A DNA stretch of 64,000 nucleotides from Ministeria vibrans ATCC 50519 (lineage: Eukaryota > Protista > Filasterea): positions 105,208 to 169,207 of the forward strand of contig CALSCP010000774.1 of the NCBI GenBank assembly GCA_943704425.1. Reading direction: 5' to 3'. Numbering within the stretch: the stretch's first letter is position 1; each line of letters starts with the position of its first letter. This document shows, piece by piece, positions 1-34,508 of the stretch. The notes beneath the pieces are model-generated. The model saw only the letters and a program-made list of their open reading frames with translations. It had not been told where the DNA came from and did no database searches. The position numbers and the translations under genes are program-made.

Positions 1-83
1 CTGCAACTCTCTCGCTTTTATCTTGAAGAAAAAGGTACCATCAGAGAGAGAGAGAGAGAGAAAGGAGGGAGAAAGAAACAAAG

Positions 84-136
<53 letters not shown>

Positions 137-152
137 GGAGAAAGAAACAAAG

Positions 153-192
<40 letters not shown>

Positions 193-949
193 GGGAGAAA
201 GAAACAAAGTGATAGGGAGAGAGACAGAGAAACAAAGTGATAGAGCGAGAGGGAAAAGCACCGGAGAGAAGCGAAGTGGAGAAAATAACAGAGTGGAGAA
301 GGGGGATGGTGCGTGAGAGGGAGTAGAAAATGGAAAGAACACAGAGACCCTCACGCTTTGTCCGGTTTAGACGTGTCGATTGCACGGTTACACGGATCAG
401 ATGCACGGCGAGCCCTTCTCATTTTAGGGGTCATGTTTGCGCACAGCTTTGCGGAAGGAGTGAGCATTGGTACGGTTGAAGGAAACACACACATGATCTA
501 TATATCTGTATTTATATTTTTTATATCTGTATTTTTTTTCTCTCTCGTCCGCTTACGAAATTATGTCCCGTTTAGGCGTTTCGTTTGCTCACAGCGATCG
601 ACTTGCGAGCGTGATTACAATGGGCCTGGCACTGCACAACATTCCCGAGGGTCTTGCGATCAGTCTGGTGCTGGTGCGGCGTGGTGTGAGTCCCCTGCAC
701 TGTGCTCTCTGGTCCATTGCGTCGTCGCTGCCCCAGCCCATCATGGCTATTCCCGCCCTGCTCTCCGTCCAGCTCTTTTCTGAGATTCTCCCTTGGGGGC
801 TGGGCTTTGCATGTGGCGCCATGCTGGCCGTGTCCCTCGACGAACTTATTCCTGAGGCGCGCACCGACCTGCGCACCCGCGACGTTTTCATCATAACGAC
901 CCTTTGCATGCTCCTTGTGCTCGGTGCACATTTCTTTCTTTTTGCGTAG
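1..949 (+). CDS. ZIP (SLC39/ZupT-GufA) zinc/metal transporter, 3' part (5' end outside window)
   Basis: Spliced frame: exon ending at 34 (AAG|gtacc), exon ~345-469 (…ARRALLILGVMFAHSFAEGVSIG), intron 470-575, exon 576-949 with LALHNIPEGLAISL, SSLPQPIMAIP and GFACGAMLAVSLDELIPEA. These are the ZIP TM4/TM5/TM7 signatures. Stop TAG at 947-949. Confidence 0.9.
43..245 (+). repeat. (GA)n microsatellite with embedded GAAACAAAGTGATAG dispersed motif (4 copies)
   Basis: Motif at 75, 144, 201 and 229 in a ZIP intron. The same motif recurs in many other introns (see findings). Confidence 0.9.
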
Positions 950-964
950 CACGTCTCACCTTCT

Positions 965-1268
965 CCCACTGTACCTTACTATCCCAATACATAAGGAACC
1001 CTGCTCAATACGCTCTTGTCTTTTGTGTGATGGATCCAATGTAGTGTGCTTTATCGCCAATGGTACCCACTGTACCTTACTATCCCAATACATAAGGAAC
1101 CCTGCTCAATACGCTCTTGTCTTTTGTGTGATGGATCCAATGTAGTGTGCTTTATCGCCAATGGTACCCACTGTACCTTACTATCCCAATACATAAGGAA
1201 CCCTGCTCAATACGCTCTTGTCTTTTGTGTGATGGATCCAATGTAGTGTGCTTTATCGCCAATGGTAC
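965..1268. repeat. Tandem repeat, 3 identical copies of a 101-bp unit
   Basis: Unit CCCACTGTACCTTACTATCCCAATACATAAGG…TTTATCGCCAATGGTA starts at 965, 1066 and 1167. It lies between the convergent 3' ends of the ZIP and ARMC1 genes. Confidence 0.95.
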
Positions 1269-1436
1269 AGTTGCTCTCTCTCTTTCTCTGTCTCTCTCGC
1301 TCTTTGTCGATCTATCTACCCCTCTCTCTCTGTTTGTCGATCTATCTACCTCTGTCTGTCTCTCTCTCTCTGTTTTTCTCCGTCTCTGTCTCTCTCTTTC
1401 TCTCCGTCTCTCTCTTTCTCTCTCGTCTGTTTGGGT

Positions 1437-2642
1437 TCACCAATAGAGTGTCTTTGAAATGTACGAGCCAATTGAGCCGAACCAGCCGCCCTCATCCTGG
1501 GACGCTGCCTTGGTGCGTGCGAGGGCGTGCTTACTGACGGTCGGCCCATCGTGCGCCTCCTCCTCGGGCAGATACCCTCCACTCGACGTCCCCTCCTGTC
1601 CCTCCGTCTCCTTCTCTTTGCTTCCGCTGCCTTTGCTGCTTCCAATCTTACTGCCGAGCACATCCACCAGAATTTCTTCCCCCTTGTCGTTCTTGATCAC
1701 CTGTAATGGGTGTTTGGTTTGAGTTAAAATAAGAATTGTGTTCGTCTCTCATACGTGTTTGGGGACAAAAGTGCTCGATGCACTCGAAATGGCTCGGCAG
1801 ATGCGGTCCACAAGCAGATCTGTACGACAACGGACAAACACGCGCGCCGGTGCTCGATGCGTATCAAAAGTGAACCTGGAAAAAAAGAGTTGCTGATTAA
1901 TTGTGTGTGTGTGTGTGTGAGTGTGTGTTTACGAGATGACTCCTTTGAGGCGCAGCAGACTCTCTTCGACCTTGCGCTTGTTGGCCTTGCCGCTGAGCCC
2001 TTCAACCGAGAGGGTTACTGTGCGCGCACGCTTGGACCCTGCGCCCAAGTAGAAGCTGGGAGAGCCCGGCTCGACTCGCTCGTTGGACTCCTTGTGGCTG
2101 TTTTCGTTGGCGCGCATCTGCTGCTGGCGCTTTGAACGACGTCGCTGCTGCTTCGCCTCCTCCAGGATGTCTGTGATCTTTGATGCAAGTGTCATGGCCG
2201 CCTCGCTCGAGGGCACCTCGCGGCTGGTGAGCGCTGCGAGACTCGGCATCAATCCCATTTCCTTTGCCATGACGACACGGTTTTCCTCGCAACTCGCAAG
2301 ATATTCGAGCGCTTCGAGCGCTGTCTCAATCACGCTCGCATTGCTGTTGTCCAGAAACAGCACAAGACCTGGCAAGCATCCCTAATCACCAGCAGAGGAG
2401 AGAAAGAAAGAAAGAGAGAAAGAGAGAAAGAGAGAGAGAGTAAGAAACAAAAACATTTTTTTTTCGTTTGTTTGCCCATTGCTTATATCGCCAATGCGAG
2501 AGGGCCAATCGCCCCACTTCAAGCTGGATGCCATCCCACGTGCTGTGTTAAAGCACATTACCTTGTCGTGGACGATCGTAACGCGGTTGGCGGGGTCTGC
2601 TGCGAGCTGGCGCAAATTTTGGACAATTTGAAGTGTTTCCAT
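1437..2642 (-). CDS. ARMC1: Armadillo repeat-containing protein 1 (ARM + HMA-like domain), mitochondria-associated
   Basis: Four exons (2642-2562, 2381-1933, 1875-1755, 1700-1437) with phase-consistent GT-AG introns give [38 protein letters not shown]…FYLGAGSKRARTVTLSVEGL…LLRLKGVISFTF…YLPEEE…GGWFGSIGSYISKTLYW. This matches human ARMC1 motifs as recalled (LRDLAADPLNR, QGCLPGLILFMD, KRAKTVVL, KGVISFTF, C-terminal SRSFYW). Confidence 0.93.
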
Positions 2643-3026
2643 TGTGAAAATAGAGAAGCTGCAGCATTGGTGCGTCACGGAATCACATGAANNNNNNNNN
2701 NGGGGGGGGGGGGGGGGAGTGGGGGATGCGACGCAATCTGGTGGAAAGGTAGACAGTACTGTTACGAAAGACGAGGGTGATGAAAGTCGAAATAAATTGA
2801 AAGTGGACTTTTAAAACTTTTGAGTTGTTTTTTTTTTTTTTTTTCACTTTTGATCGTTTTGAAATCTTTAATCTTTTTCTTTCGCGTTCGCTTTTCTTTT
2901 GAACACTTGTTGTATCATCAAACGCACACACCCTCCCATCCACACACACACACACGCACACCATCTGGTATAATCGCAACCACGTCGACAAAGACTCCCC
3001 CGTTTTCGACTCGCAACAGCAACGAG

Positions 3027-4616
3027 ATGAGCAGCAGCAAACTCAGCAAAGGTCTGACGTCGTCGCAGTACCGTCGTCGTGCCATCCCCAGCCTCCCTGT
3101 GCGGGTCCTGCGCGCCGCACATGAAATCATCTACACATTGATGGTACGACCATACGTGCAGCCGTGAACAGAGAACAAGAAAGAAAGAGAGAGAGAGAGA
3201 GAGTGAGAGACAAAGAGATGGAGAGAAACATCTTTTTTATTTTTCAATGTTTGCGCGTGTTGAAATATCACACTGGCAGACGCTTTTGCACGACCAAGAC
3301 CAGGCCAAGTACTCACTGTATGTCTTTTAAATGCCATCGTTGCAGCCGTCGGTGTATGCGCCGTCGTATCGACGAACGCGCGCGTCGAGAAATCTCGTCA
3401 GACGTCTTGCCAAACTTTTCCCTATCAACGGTGTCATCGGAGTTCGCTACAACGTCCCACGGTCTCTTCTCGAGGCACTCGACGACGATGATGATTTGGG
3501 TGTCTTTGAAAGTCGCCGGCAGCCAGGTATGCGCTGGAAATGGCATTTCTGTTTTTTTTTTTTTTTGCACTATTATATTGCTCACAATATATTATTTGTC
3601 CTATATTTTTTGTAGGTCGTGGTGTTGTTGCTCGAATTGGGAGTCACAGCTATGAGGAAAGATCCAAACCAACAGGAAGGAAAGTGTGGAGAACGCTTCC
3701 GGGAGTGCATCAGGATGAGCACAACGAGTCGGAAAACGACGACGACGACGACGACGACGAAGGTAGAGTGTATCGCGCGTGTGTGGCGTACAGCGACTCC
3801 GATGACAGTGACGGCGGCGAGTACGACTCTGAAGAAGATGATGAGAATGATGACGATGCCGAGTACGACTCGTACGACGAAGACGACGAGGCGGAGCCGT
3901 CGGTCGCTGCCACCCCCGCCAAGACTGGCGCTGGCTCTAAGAAAATCTCTGCACTCGAAATGGAACTGGCTAAATTGCGCGACCAAATTGCAGTCATTGT
4001 GTCAACGCAACAAGAACAGCAACAAATTCAGCAACAAATGCAGCAAGGACCACCACCACCGCCAGCGGCATTTGCGCCATCACCGTGCGGTGGGGACGCC
4101 GACGCCGACGCCAACGCCATGGCCGGAGGTCCGCCACCGCCACCGCCGCCCCCACCCTCCATGGAGTCGCTTATGCCCAAAGAGAGCAATGTATGGGAGA
4201 CCATCCGAGCCAATGTTGCCAAGGGCACTGGCCGCGCCAAGCTTGAAGATGCCAAGAAGCAAAGCGGAATGCCTAACATGAAGGATGTAAGAACATGGAA
4301 GTAATGTCGACGGTTCAGCCAAGTGTCTGACGCATTGTTTGCTCTCTAGATTTTGAAGGGCATGGGTAGTGTGAAGTTGCGCTCCGTCGAGCGGTCACCA
4401 GGAGGGACACCCATCCGACGCAAGCCCGCAGCGGCCGAAAACCCTAGCGCCGCAGACATCATTGCCAATGCGCTCAAGCGCAAGTTTGCCCAGCAACGCA
4501 TGGCGCGCGGCAGTCGTGAAAATTCTCGCGCAAACACTCCATCACGTAGCAGTGCTTCCAAATCCTTTATCGACGAGCCCTCCGACGAAAACGCCTCTGC
4601 ACCCCTCAATGCGTAA
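3027..4616 (+). CDS. MTFR1: Mitochondrial fission regulator (MTFR1/MTFR2/MTFR1L, FAM54) family protein
   Basis: Exons 3027-3143, 3346-3526, 3616-4286, 4350-4616 (phase-consistent). Motifs SRNLVRRLAK, KKISALEMELAKLRDQIAVIV, poly-Pro, MPNMKDILKGMGSVKLRSVERS and AADIIANALKRKFA correspond to MTFR1 ([63 protein letters not shown]). The start codon is inferred. Confidence 0.88.
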
Positions 4617-4839
4617 AGGGAACTTCAATCAATCAATCAATACAATTATTTTTCACGGATGATACTATCATTATTCATGTAATTCTTTAATGATCATTAT
4701 TCATTCCCCAACCCTCCGACCACAATATAATCAATCGATGCAGTTATTTTCACCGATAATACTATCATTGTTAATATAATAAGTCAAATAATCTGTTTGT
4801 CCTCTGACAAGTGACAACAATTTATTAAACAATATTTTT

Positions 4840-6463
4840 ATGTCTATGTATCGATTGCTTGTGCTCTTTGTCGGCTACCTGGCTTTTGCACAAGCCTACA
4901 TTGTCCCATTTGAGCTACACGATGAGATCATGGGTAGGATTCTCACTCACTCGAAAAACCACTCTGAAACGATCGTTGTCAGGATGCGCTCGCTTACGGG
5001 GCGGCGATGCGCGCATTGCCTATGGCCGAGTACTGGGACAGTACGAAGAGAGCCTTGATGGGACCGACGAGGACGTGATCGAGGCAGTGCGGGTCTCGCT
5101 GGAGTGGATTCACGATCAGACGTGTCCGGTCGACGATCAGCTGCCGCGCGTTGTGCGCGCCTGCAAGTTATTACTACGCTCCACTCGGAACCACGACACC
5201 CACGAGGTGTACGAGTGGAACGACCGCAAAGGAAGTGGCGCGGTCGTCCGTCATCGTCGCGCGGTCGTCCTCGGAAAAACTTTGTACATCACCTTTGCAG
5301 TCGACTCGCCAGTCCACACGGTGTACCACCGCGTCGTGGTGTCGCAGGGCCGCGCTCGCGATTGGAACCTGTTTCAGCATGTTTCATGTGTCCATTGTGA
5401 AGAGACAGACGGTGCAGTGGGCGTCAGCTTGCTCACCACAGGCGCCTGTCGTGTGCCACCATCCTCCTATGTCCATCCTCTGTCTTCTTCTTCTTCTTCT
5501 GTGCCGCCTCTCTTTCCGCTTCCCTCACCCCGAGCAGCGGCCGCGTCACACTCGCTTCGTGTGCTCACGTACAACATTTGGAATTTCAACGAGTGGCCAG
5601 TCTACGACCATCGTCTGACTCTGCTGGGCCAAATACTGCGCGAAGCTGACGCCGACATTGTCGCCTTCCAAGAGATGCGATACGACTATGCACGCGCACG
5701 ACACGGACGCAACCAAGCAGAGCATATGGCACGTCTATTGCCCGGCTACCAATTTGTCTTTCAGCCGGCCATGTCGTACACCGAGCGCACGTTTGGTCGT
5801 GTCGAGGAAGGCACGGCCATCTTCAGTCGGCTGCCAATCATCGAGCACGACTACGTGCTGCTCTCACGCGACCATGCTAACCATCACGACGACCACCAGC
5901 GCACCTGTCTTCGTGTTGCCGTGGCCGTGCCCTCCTTGGGCCCCGTGCACGTGTACGTGTCGCACTTTGCGCACGTCGAAGCTGCGCAGCGTCGTGCCGT
6001 TCTCGAAATCGATGCATTTATACGGGCCACTCACAATGGCGCTCCCGCCATATTCGTTGGTGACCTCAACGCCACGCCCGACGCACCCGCTATGGAGTTT
6101 TTGCGCGGCATCCGCGACTTTGACGGCATTCACTCGCCCCTGCGCGACGCCTGGCTGCAGCTGCACCCCGAGCCCCGCGACGGCAGCCCGGCCAACTACG
6201 ACGATGGCGACCCGGAGTCCGCGGACGACGACGCCCCGCGCGACCCAGGCCTCACGTTTGCCACCATCGACCGACACCTGCGCAAACGCATAGATTTTGT
6301 CTACTACGACGACACACTCATTGAGGCGCGGCGCATTGCAACGGTGGGCGATGATGCCGACGCCAACGCACCCGTACACGCCAGCGATCACCGCGGCGTT
6401 CTCGTTGACTTTGTCCGGCGCACACCTCCTACTCCCTCCCCCGTACTACTAATGGATGGATGA
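4840..6463 (+). CDS. Endonuclease/exonuclease/phosphatase (EEP, DNase I-like) family protein with predicted signal peptide
   Basis: Exon 4840-4933 (hydrophobic leader MSMYRLLVLFVGYLAFAQA), 49-nt intron, exon 4983-6463. EEP motifs LRVLTYNIWN, ADIVAFQE, GTAIFSRLP, IFVGDLNATP, RDAW, RIDFVY and ASDHRGV are all present. Confidence 0.88.
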
Positions 6464-6587
6464 TATTCAAGGGTTGGTTGTTTTATAGTTCTAGTTCTAC
6501 ATGTACAAATACGAAAGATGAAGAAGAAGAAAAAAATGAAAGAAAGAAGGGATGCAACACACAGATGTGCACCCACACACACACACA

Positions 6588-6938
6588 CTAAACTTCGGTT
6601 TCGGCAATGAGTTCGCGCATCTGAAAGTTGCCCCAGTCAAACGGCAGCTCGTAGTCGTCGCGGGCCAACGACGGTAGGGCGGCCGCCGCGTAGTCGTCGT
6701 CGGCGCGTGTGTCGTCGTCGTGCTTGCGGCGGCGCGCGCGGTGCAGCAGGTTGGGTACGGACGACTCCATTGTGGCCTTCATGGCATTGCGCGTGTGATT
6801 GATCGACCCACTGGCAAAATCCTTTTGCGTATCCACCCGCAGTTTGGCCTGGTTTGGAAAGGGTCGTTTGCGTCGCAGCACAAAGTACGTCAGGAGCAAA
6901 AAGATGAACTGAAAAGAGGGAGATAGAAAAAAGAGAAA

Positions 6939-7030
<92 letters not shown>

Positions 7031-9156
7031 TAGTGATGAGAGACTCAAACTGTAAGTGTGAGCAGGCCGCATACGGATTCAAGGACAAGCAGACAGAGCC
7101 AGAGAGCAATTCCCGGACCAGATTCAAATCCAAAAAACTCCAGCACTTCATCGCCATTCTCAAAGCAGTTACTCTACGACAGAAAAAAGAGGCGATGAGT
7201 AAGTAGTTGGAAACTTGAAGTGTGATGTGTGCGGAGTATGTTCTCACCTCGGTGGGTGAGCAGCCGGTGAGAGTTAGGCCAGTGAATTCGTTGAGAGTTA
7301 GCACACGGTAGGCATACGCATTCCAGTTGATGTAGTAAAACCACACAAAGTAGTCGGGAATGTGCTTGAGATTAATTAGCAATCCGCTCAACAGCACCTA
7401 AACCAGCACAACACCGTGAGTGTAACATTTCTCTCTCACTTTGTTTCGTTCCTTCTCTCTCTGTTTCAGCCTCTCTCCCTATCACTTCGTTTCTTTCTCC
7501 TCCCCCTTATCACTTTGTTTTCTTTCTCCCTCCCTCTTCTCTCTCTCTTTCTCTCACTCTCTGTTTGTGCAGTTCACCTGTAGCACAATGAGCACTGCGC
7601 CAAGAGCCCCTGCAATCTCACGGCGCGACACCAGCGCACCAATCAAAAGACCCGCACAGGCGCCCCTATCACAAAAGAACAAGACATAGAGAGAACGACA
7701 CATGAGAGATCATATAAACACGCAGAGTACAGGAGTAAGGGATAACGTACGTGTAGGAGACGGAGAGGAGGGTAAAAGTGAAGATGAGCCACTTGGTGAA
7801 CACTGCCTGGAGACCCACCATCCAATAGACAACGCTGGAGAGCACAATGGTCGGGAGGATCTGTACAGGAAGATTCACCAGCACACGCGTCAGAAAGTAC
7901 GGAAACACCTGGTACGTGCCGGCTGCACGCTCGCGTCGATACACCGCTAGATCAACACTATAAAAATAAAGAGACGAAGAAGTGAGTAGAGAGATAGGGA
8001 ATGGGGCGCGTAGAAAGAATAATTTGGCATACCTGAAGACACGCATTGCGGCAAAGACACTGGTGACACCCTCGTTAATGGTAAGCGAGAAGAGCAGTCC
8101 CTGACGGTCTCGCACGCCCGCCTGGTTGTTCTCCACCTGCAGGAAAACAAGGCCAATGAAGATGCCAAGTGTCGTGGCGCGAATGGTCTCCGACACAATC
8201 ATCGGGAGGTTGCGCCAGTAGTTCATGCGATGGAAGAGGAGCAGGTAGCGCATCTGCTGTAGAAGCGTTAAAGGACGAGCCGCTTCAAGCACAGAGCGAT
8301 GGAGCGGCACGCGCGACCCTTGGCGCGACAGCGTGTCCATGTGAATGCTGTCATCGGCCGTCTCATTGTACCTCCCATCCTCCTCTTCTCCAATCGGGTC
8401 GGCTTCGTGCAGCGTGTGCACCGCGTCCACCAGCTCCCGGCGCTCAGGTGACGACTGGAAATGCTTCAACAGACCCGCCACCCGCTTGACGCTCTCAGTG
8501 GACTGCTCGTCCGAGCGATGGTCAAACGACGACACGTCCAAAAAGAAGTCGGCGGGATTCGCGTCAATAGGGCACTGGTAGCCCAGACGCCCCATGTAGT
8601 CGACACAAGCGTCCGCCCGTCCTACACACCCACAGACATGCGCAGTCTAGAATCAGAACTCCTGCATTTTTCGTGTCTTTTTTGTTAATATCACTTGTGC
8701 GTTGTACCAAAGTAGACCATATCTCCATCGGCAAGGAGCAAGAGGCGATCAAACAGGTGAAAGACCTTGCTGCGAGGCTGATGAATTGTGGTCAGCACAA
8801 CACGATTGTTGCTGGCGAGTGCGCGCAGCGTCTCCATCACGTTGGCCGCCGTGAACGAGTCCAGGCCGCTTGTAGGCTCATCAAGCAAAAGCACGTCTGG
8901 GTCACCAATGAGTTCCACCGCAATCGACACACGCTTCTTTTGACCGCCCGAAATGCCGCGCCGTAAGTCGTTCCCAATGCGAGTGTCTGCACAGTCGACC
9001 AGCCCAAGTTCGGCAATCAGTGCGTCGACACGCGCCAGCTTTGTCTCTTCCGAGACACTTGATGGCAGTCGCATGCGCGCGGCAAAGGTCAGCGTCTCGC
9101 GAACCGTCAGAAAGGCCGCATGCGTGTCGTCCTACAGAAAGAAAGAAAGAAAGAAA

Positions 9157-9251
<95 letters not shown>

Positions 9252-9753
9252 TGTGTGTGTGTGTGTGTGATAGAGAGAGAGTGATATATAGAGAGAGACA
9301 AAGTGATAGAGAGAGAAACAAAAGTGACGCACAAAATGTGTCAGGGGCGTCAAGTCAGAGTGGGGGTTCTCTTTCACCTGCATCACATAGCCGCAGCGTC
9401 GCTTGAACTGCTTGGCAGTCAGAATGGTGTTGTTGACCATCACCTCCCCGGTGGTGCGGCCGTTACTCACGCGTCCCGCCAGGATATTCATCAGACTCGT
9501 CTAACCATCGCACATCACAACAGTTGCAATGCCATCAAAATATGATTCATAGGACGACATTTCGAACCTTTCCCGCACCCGACGCGCCCATGATCGCAAG
9601 CACCTGGCCACTATCGACGTAGCCGTACATGGTGTTGAGGATGCGCTTCGTCTCGGCCTTCTTCTGGTCGATTTCATACGCGATGTCGCGCCAGAGGAAT
9701 CGCGCCGCCCCTTGCGACTGCCGCGACATGGCGCTCATTTCGCGCTCCCCCAT
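6588..9753 (-). CDS. ABCG (White-type) half-transporter A
   Basis: Multi-exon gene with Walker A GASGAGK/TS, Q-loop GYVMQ, signature ISGGQKKRVS, Walker B LLLDEPTSGLDS and H-loop TIHQPR. It continues with NPADFFLD, an ABC2 membrane domain (RDRQGLLF, YRRERAAG, NEFTGL) and an ~85-aa C-terminal tail ending at 6588. Confidence 0.93.
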
Positions 9754-10023
9754 GTTTGATCTGACAGCGGGGCAATATCCACTCACGCAACTAAACGAAA
9801 TGAATCTCGCTGCAGAGTCTTATTTGCTATCTGAAATCTTATCTCATCCAGTTTGTATTGTAAGATCGCCCACGTGAAAGATAAGAAGTTCAAAACACAA
9901 TCTGAATTTCCGAAATCGGATTTTGCATTGACTCACATCAAATCAGCCTTTCACGCCTGCCTTTTCGGTGCACTGGTTTAGAGTGTGACTGCTTGAACCG
10001 CGTATAGAGTGTTGACAAAAACC
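9754..10023. promoter_or_regulatory. Probable bidirectional promoter between the two ABCG genes
   Basis: 270 bp between divergent ATGs. Contains inverted GATA boxes (TCTTATCT 9837-9844, AGATAAGA 9879-9886), E-box CACGTG 9871-9876 and the inverted repeat TCCGA-AA-TCGGA 9909-9920. Confidence 0.55.
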
Positions 10024-13336
<3,313 letters not shown>

Positions 13337-13554
13337 TCGACTCTCTTCATCTCTTTCCTCTTGTTGTACTCTGTGATTGCATTGTCGTTGACAATAAAAA
13401 TAATAATAATAATTATTATTAATATTATAACAATAATAATTCAAAGGGAGAGTGCGAAAAAGTAATGCAACATTCTCCTTCTAACAAAGGCGTGGTATTG
13501 AAAGTGATGATAAAAGTTCTATTATTTTATTTTAGCTTGGTACAATATTATAAA

Positions 13555-34292
<20,738 letters not shown>

Positions 34293-34508
34293 CAGGGACT
34301 CTGAGAGAAACAGAGTGGGGGTGAAGAGCACTTGCTCACGGTTGAGTGAAGGAAAAGAGTGCGTGAACCAGTCGAACAAACAAGGAGATTAGAGATTAAA
34401 ACTTTCAATGTAAGATAACAGAGAATACCTTCTGATAAGAAAATCTACATCTGACAGTATATACTCACTCAGTACAGACAGTCAGACTGCAGACACTAAT
34501 TTTGTCTA

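Noticed and set aside
23-406. ORFs rich in ERERER / LSLSLS (also near 6890, 8950-9490, 10430-10765, 12275-12723, 38726-39348, 58242-58960)
   Set aside because: These are translations of intronic (GA)n/(TC)n microsatellites lying between GT-AG boundaries of real genes.
965-1268. 101-bp repeat as a CRISPR array, spliced-leader RNA array or C/D snoRNA cluster
   Set aside because: There are no unique spacers and the context is eukaryotic. I see no convincing Sm site (RAU4-6GR) or C/D box pair.
2702-2726. G-quadruplex in the ARMC1/MTFR promoter
   Set aside because: The poly-G run abuts an N-gap, so its length and context are unreliable.
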